DNA from: Candidatus Poribacteria bacterium
Lineage (GTDB): Bacteria > Poribacteria > WGA-4E > WGA-3G
Direction: 5' to 3'
NCBI GenBank assembly: GCA_965198235.1
Contig: OZ240248.1
Coordinates: forward strand, 3,072,001 to 3,136,000
DNA length: 64,000 bases
In this document: positions 59,414 to 64,000 of the stretch, piece by piece
Layout: the number at the start of each line of letters is the position of its first letter
How positions within the stretch are numbered: the first letter of the stretch is position 1
Program-made: the position numbers and the translations under genes
Notes under the pieces: model-generated
Told to the model about the DNA's origin: nothing
Databases searched by the model: none
The model's input: the letters and a program-made list of their open reading frames with translations, nothing else

Positions 59414-61540
59414 TTATTTACATCGCACATAACTTTCACGAGGCGCGTCCAGATCGACAAGGACGTTCTGACCCACCTGTAGAAACCGACCGTTCAGCAT
59501 CACGAATTGAACGGCTGAACCGGAGGTATCCCTCCGCAAAAAGAGATATTCACCAACAAACCTAATGTCTGCAGCAGACATCTCCGCCAAGCCATCGTCA
59601 GAGATGAGGAATGTGTCTGTCGTGCTATGTAACTGAAGCGTGAAACCTGTCCCCAAGACATCAGGATCCGTACGCACCTCAATATCGGAAAGCGTCGGAT
59701 GGATTTTAACTTCAGGTTTCATAGGAAATAACAACGTGTTCATTACCACTGGCGATTCCCGATGCCTCTGATAAGTAACGCTGTCCGTATCCAACGTTAC
59801 CGAGAGGTCAGTCGTCCCCACCGCACCGATGAACAGATTGCTACGACGTGGGTCCTGTGTCCGTAGGTCCCCCGCGTCGGAATTGATGTGAGGGGCTACC
59901 TTTTGATTGAGACGAAAAATCTGTTCCAATGTCTGTGCGCCGTCGCCGAGGACGAGGTCATGCAAGATGAAGTATTCGCCTTTGAGGTAGAAGATGGCGC
60001 GTTTGTGGTGAACGGTTGTCGTGTGATGCCACTTTTCGACCCAATCAAATGTGGGTGTCGTTATCCATTGCGTGTCAATCCTATCGGATGCGGATAGCGG
60101 CGTATCAAGCACGCGAACGGCACCTGTTGTCAGTTGTCGTCCGTGTGCATGTAACACAAGGGTTGAGGTGTCCGCGTGGTTCGGTTTTCCCGATGGGTGC
60201 GCATCGAAAAATAGGTATTGTGCGTCCGGTTCCCAACTATCCCGCATGACATAGCAGCCGGTCTCAGGAAGCGCGTGCGAGGTGGTATCAGGAGACGGAA
60301 AATCCTCACGCCGAACGCTACTATCGACAATCGTGCAGAGTTCATCGGCATCAAAGTTGGGAGTAGGGAGAGGACCAAGAGGCGGAAACGAGCCGTCGGG
60401 TTGACGCAGATGGATACAGGTTTCCACCTGTTTTTCCAGTGATGTTTGTATTTCTTCGACGGAGTCGGCACGCTCCGTGGGGTCTCCGTAAACGGATAGG
60501 AATCTGACAAAATCAGCAATTGCCGCAACGTGAGAGCGCAGTGTCCGATCCTTGTGAAAGCCATCTGAATGAAAGAAGGCATCGACTATCCATTTATAGC
60601 GACGGCGCGCGAGCATACGAAGTTGCGCACTCCCACGGAATTCGGGGAGGCGGTGCGCCGCGATACCCATCTCTGTCGTTGCTGTGATAGCCGGGGTCGG
60701 ATGAATAGACAAGCGAAGTAGGCATTCAAGATAGGTTTTCGCAGTGGTATAGGTATCGGATATTTCTGTTAGCGGGATTGATTCATGTTCAACCTGTAAA
60801 TTTAAGAATTCTCTCCGAAAGTCCGTATATGCGGATTTTGCGGCGGGCATATCTCCTGCTAAAACGGCAGTTTTCACGACTTCCATTCCCGGATAATCCA
60901 GATGGAGTGCATCAAAAAAGTCGTTATCGCTGAAGGGCAAATTGTATTGATTCTGGGGCGTTAGGTTGCGTTTGAGAACGGTGTTATAGGCAGTAACCGC
61001 AGATACCAAAATCGGGAGGTTTCGTTCATTCGCAAGTGAGAAAGCGACATCGATCGGCAGGGTGAGATGAGAATCTGTCGGTGCGGGAGCAACCTCTGCC
61101 AGCACCGCCGAGATCCTTCCGAATCCAGCGAGCCGCCAGAGCTCTGATTGTGGAAGTGATGCACAGACACTGCCTGCCAATGCCAGTGCACTTCCTGCTT
61201 CGAGTCTTGGGCGAGGTTCACCATCTGGATAGGCGTAGAGATACTCAGCGTACTCTAACAGGATACGGGCAAGTTCGCGGTACCCCAACTCAGTAAGCGG
61301 TTCATGTGCCGCGATCGCGACCGCCTCAATGACGCGCGCTGCAACCGATTCCAATCGCCATGGGGGATATTGTGGTGTGAATTCGATCGGTGTCCGTTGT
61401 GCTTCGGCGAACGTGAGGAGTTCCTCAAAATCCGCTATCGGCTCAAGTTGCCCGATTGCAAGGAGTTCCCGCTTCGCAAGGGTTTCTGCGAGGCGTTGGA
61501 TATGCTCAGTTTGGAGAGTTGTCCATTTTTCCAACGACAT
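59414..61540 (-). CDS. heparinase II/III-like protein (divergent)
   Basis: DGFH, QPDGSFP, PETGCYVMRDSW, NHADT, HKRAIFYLKGEYFILHD. Confidence 0.7.
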   Translation of the reverse strand: MSLEKWTTLQTEHIQRLAETLAKRELLAIGQLEPIADFEELLTFAEAQRTPIEFTPQYPPWRLESVAARVIEAVAIAAHEPLTELGYRELARILLEYAEYLYAYPDGEPRPRLEAGSALALAGSVCASLPQSELWRLAGFGRISAVLAEVAPAPTDSHLTLPIDVAFSLANERNLPILVSAVTAYNTVLKRNLTPQNQYNLPFSDNDFFDALHLDYPGMEVVKTAVLAGDMPAAKSAYTDFRREFLNLQVEHESIPLTEISDTYTTAKTYLECLLRLSIHPTPAITATTEMGIAAHRLPEFRGSAQLRMLARRRYKWIVDAFFHSDGFHKDRTLRSHVAAIADFVRFLSVYGDPTERADSVEEIQTSLEKQVETCIHLRQPDGSFPPLGPLPTPNFDADELCTIVDSSVRREDFPSPDTTSHALPETGCYVMRDSWEPDAQYLFFDAHPSGKPNHADTSTLVLHAHGRQLTTGAVRVLDTPLSASDRIDTQWITTPTFDWVEKWHHTTTVHHKRAIFYLKGEYFILHDLVLGDGAQTLEQIFRLNQKVAPHINSDAGDLRTQDPRRSNLFIGAVGTTDLSVTLDTDSVTYQRHRESPVVMNTLLFPMKPEVKIHPTLSDIEVRTDPDVLGTGFTLQLHSTTDTFLISDDGLAEMSAADIRFVGEYLFLRRDTSGSAVQFVMLNGRFLQVGQNVLVDLDAPRESYVRCK

Positions 61541-61682
61541 GTTGTGATCCTTTCCAAGTGAACGGTTCAGGATATGATAACAACATAACGGGATTTGTCA
61601 AGGCTTTGCTATTCCTCTGTAGGAGGGATCTCCGAATCCCGACGCTTACTGACCGATGACCGCCGAATAAAAAGATGGCAAC

Positions 61683-61712
61683 AAAAAAGGGACCGGTAAA
61701 ACCAGTCCCTTT
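61683..61712 (-). terminator. intrinsic terminator, duplicated at about 62410-62437
   Basis: On + strand AAAAAAGGGACCGGTAAAACCAGTCCCTTTT. Confidence 0.75.
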
Positions 61713-61735
61713 TGACATGCATTAAACGCTGCGTT

Positions 61736-62077
61736 CTATGCGGATAGTCCTGAAACCGCCGCATCCTCGTCGTTGTAATGCTCAAACATACTCACGAGAC
61801 GACTCAGAACGACCAGGTTTTTGATATGTTTGCCAACATGGATGACACCAATGCGCCCATTCTTTCGGGTTGTGAGCGCACGTGCCTCCATGAGAGCACC
61901 GAGTCCTGAACTGTCGATCATATTGACGTTCTCAAAGTTGATGAGGATACGTGGTGAATCAGATGTCTCTATCTGCGGCGCGATTGCCTCTCGTAATTCT
62001 AATGCTGAGGGTCCCACAATTCTTCCACTGGGTTCCAAAATCGCTACGCCGTCTTGCTGACGAATTTGAGTTGACAC
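61736..62077 (-). CDS. STAS-domain anti-sigma factor antagonist
   Basis: INFENVNMIDSSGLGAL; GTG start with AAGGAG. Confidence 0.92.
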   Translation of the reverse strand: MSTQIRQQDGVAILEPSGRIVGPSALELREAIAPQIETSDSPRILINFENVNMIDSSGLGALMEARALTTRKNGRIGVIHVGKHIKNLVVLSRLVSMFEHYNDEDAAVSGLSA

Positions 62078-62464
62078 TGTTTTTCTCCTTTTTCATTTAC
62101 GAAACCATTGAAAATGTATATTACTTTTTTTACTGTTTACGCAATTTGAATGTTCAATTGAAGCATTCGTTATTTTAGACGCATTTCCTCGAAAAAAGTT
62201 GGATTTTTTTCATTTTTTTTATGAATAACCCATTTTATAAATAATTCTTCAACTTTTTGAGGGATTTCCGAATCACGACGACCGATTGCTGACTGCTGAC
62301 CATCCTTCTTCTGTAGGAGCGAGTGTTTTTGCGGATTTCCCTGTGCTCGTGATTCTTACTGTAGGGGCAGGTCTTGTGCCTGCCCAAACATTACTGCTCT
62401 TACACGCACAAAAAAAGGACCGGTAAAACCGGTCCTCATTTGACATAGCACTGAACTTTAGATA

Positions 62465-62767
62465 TTATGCGGATAATGCCGAAACTGCCGCATCTTCACT
62501 GTCGAACAGTTCAAACAGACGGACGAGTCGGTTGATAACAATCACATTTCTGATATGTTTGCCGAGATGAATGATTCCAATGCGGCCCTTCTTTTGAGTC
62601 GCAGTGACGTATGCTTCTATAAGGACACCGAGGCCGATACTGCCAATCCTATGGACCTTCTCGAAATTGATGCTGACGCGTCCAAAACACAGACAGACAT
62701 TGGGTTTATCAAAAAGCATAGTAACATTCACATTTTTCCAAAAAAACATGTCACTGAGAGATGGCAT
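62465..62767 (-). pseudogene. second STAS paralogue with aberrant N-terminus
   Basis: C-terminal ~70 aa parallel the neighbour (INFEKV..IGSIGLG...GRIGIIHLGKHI...EDAAVSALSA); N-terminus unrelated. Confidence 0.55.
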
Positions 62768-62931
62768 CTGTCGTTTCCTATGCGAATACGCAAAAATTGT
62801 TGGGTATCCCACAAAAATTACGTTGACGAAGTTTGATAAAGTCGTCCGTTGGGTTGAACGCGTATGAAACCGAGCATCTCCACTACCGGCAGCTGATGGC
62901 TGATCGCTGATAGCTAATCCGAAAAAATAAT

Positions 62932-62960
62932 TTGACACAATCAACGGGTTGTGTGATAAT
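62932..62960 (+). promoter_or_regulatory. sigma70-type promoter
   Basis: TTGACA-N17-GATAAT. Confidence 0.6.
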
Positions 62961-63031
62961 TACATATCCTATACCACATTTCAACTCGCGCGTGACAGGC
63001 GCGCTTCTTCTAAGGAAAGGAAATTCTAATT

Positions 63032-63403
63032 ATGGCAGTTACATTTCACCACGTCCATCTTCGGTGCGAGGACCTGGACGGCGCAATTCGTTATTATGAA
63101 GAGATGTTTGACGGGAAAGTCACGGAAAAGGTTGAGGTCCGCGGGTTACCAATCACACGAATGGAGATTGGTGGCGAACGGATCTTCCTCTCCCCTAAAT
63201 TGGGAGACCTGGAGGTGGAGGACACCAGTGGGAATCCACGTTGGGGTGTCTATCAACTCGCCTTTACTGTAGAAGACCTCGACGCTGAGGTCGCGAAGCT
63301 CCAAGCGAAGGGCGCGGAACTCGAAAATTTGAAACCCAATGGACTCATGATGGCGTTTTTCAAGGGACCCGACAACGTTCAAATTGAACTCATTGAGGCT
63401 TAA
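63032..63403 (+). CDS. VOC/glyoxalase-family protein
   Basis: FHHVHLRCEDL...LAFTVEDLD...FFKGPDNVQIEL. Confidence 0.9.
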   Translation: MAVTFHHVHLRCEDLDGAIRYYEEMFDGKVTEKVEVRGLPITRMEIGGERIFLSPKLGDLEVEDTSGNPRWGVYQLAFTVEDLDAEVAKLQAKGAELENLKPNGLMMAFFKGPDNVQIELIEA

Positions 63404-63540
63404 TCGTTTGCGGAAATCACTACCTCGCACCGTTCGTAAATAGTACTTGCGTCTAATTCCTCAAAATCGAAGACCGACCTAACAAGATGCTGGCATCTAA
63501 CGCATCGTCGTGACTGAACGCTTAGCGAGGGGACAAAAGT

Positions 63541-64000
63541 ATGAAATTTAGCGAACTCTTCCATACGATTCAGGGAGAAGGGCAACTTATCGGTGTCCCC
63601 TCTGTTTTCTTCCGAACGAGTTATTGCAATCTGAGATGTGTTTGGTGTGATACACCTTACACATCTTGGAAGCCTGAAAACCGGGACATCTCTGTCGCTG
63701 AAAGCGTTGCCGCGATCTCGCAATACGGCTGTAAGCATGTCGTTATTACCGGTGGAGAGCCGTTTATTCAAGCGAGGGAGTTGATGATGCTCTGTGAGGA
63801 ATTGGATACGCGGGGACACCACATCACGATTGAAACGAATGCCACGCTCTTCGCAGCGGTCGCCGCGCATCTCATTTCCATGAGTCCCAAGTTGCGTAAC
63901 TCTAATCCGCCAACAGACAACCGATTTTTCAAACGCCACGAACGTGGACGCATCCGTCCCGACGTTATCCGCAAGTTTTTAGATAAATATCCGTGCCAAG
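63541..64000 (+). CDS. queE: 7-carboxy-7-deazaguanine synthase (radical SAM), 3' end outside window
   Basis: MKFSELFHTIQGEG...FFRTSYCNLRCVWCDTPY...ITGGEP...IETN...SMSPK. Confidence 0.92.
   Translation, partial: MKFSELFHTIQGEGQLIGVPSVFFRTSYCNLRCVWCDTPYTSWKPENRDISVAESVAAISQYGCKHVVITGGEPFIQARELMMLCEELDTRGHHITIETNATLFAAVAAHLISMSPKLRNSNPPTDNRFFKRHERGRIRPDVIRKFLDKYPCQ

Noticed and set aside
1-64000. tRNA, rRNA, reverse transcriptase or RAYT transposase gene explaining the repeats
   Set aside because: None recognised in the window; any such enzyme must be encoded elsewhere.

Overview
Bacterial chromosome segment of about 50% GC, most likely Candidatus Poribacteria (inferred from proteins ending in the AV(E/D)P.xKL.T.W(G/A).(I/L)K tail and from the repeat families; not confirmed). 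Genes include two GH32 hydrolases, an IS1 element, aquaporin, hsp20, udk, aroF-leuA, pepA, hicBA, a selenocysteine formate dehydrogenase, a nucleoside-type ABC transporter, tamB/bamA-like genes, xseA-xseB-dxs-tlyA, pyrE, selenocysteine selD and queE. A defence-like region (48-59.4 kb) holds Uma2, a frameshifted RM enzyme, AAA-PD(D/E)xK, HNH-WYL and a DarT-macrodomain fusion. Most notable: (1) a (Leu-Tyr)5 leader peptide with attenuator architecture ahead of aroF-leuA; (2) fixed 16-30 bp micro-inserts placed into REP-like hairpins, with empty and filled alleles side by side; (3) repeats translated in frame inside tamB, bamA and the RM gene; (4) a covarying GGA-loop hairpin 23-25 nt before several start codons; (5) a single-chain DarT-DarG-like writer/eraser. 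No rRNA, tRNA or CRISPR array was recognised. Everything was read by eye and no searches were run.
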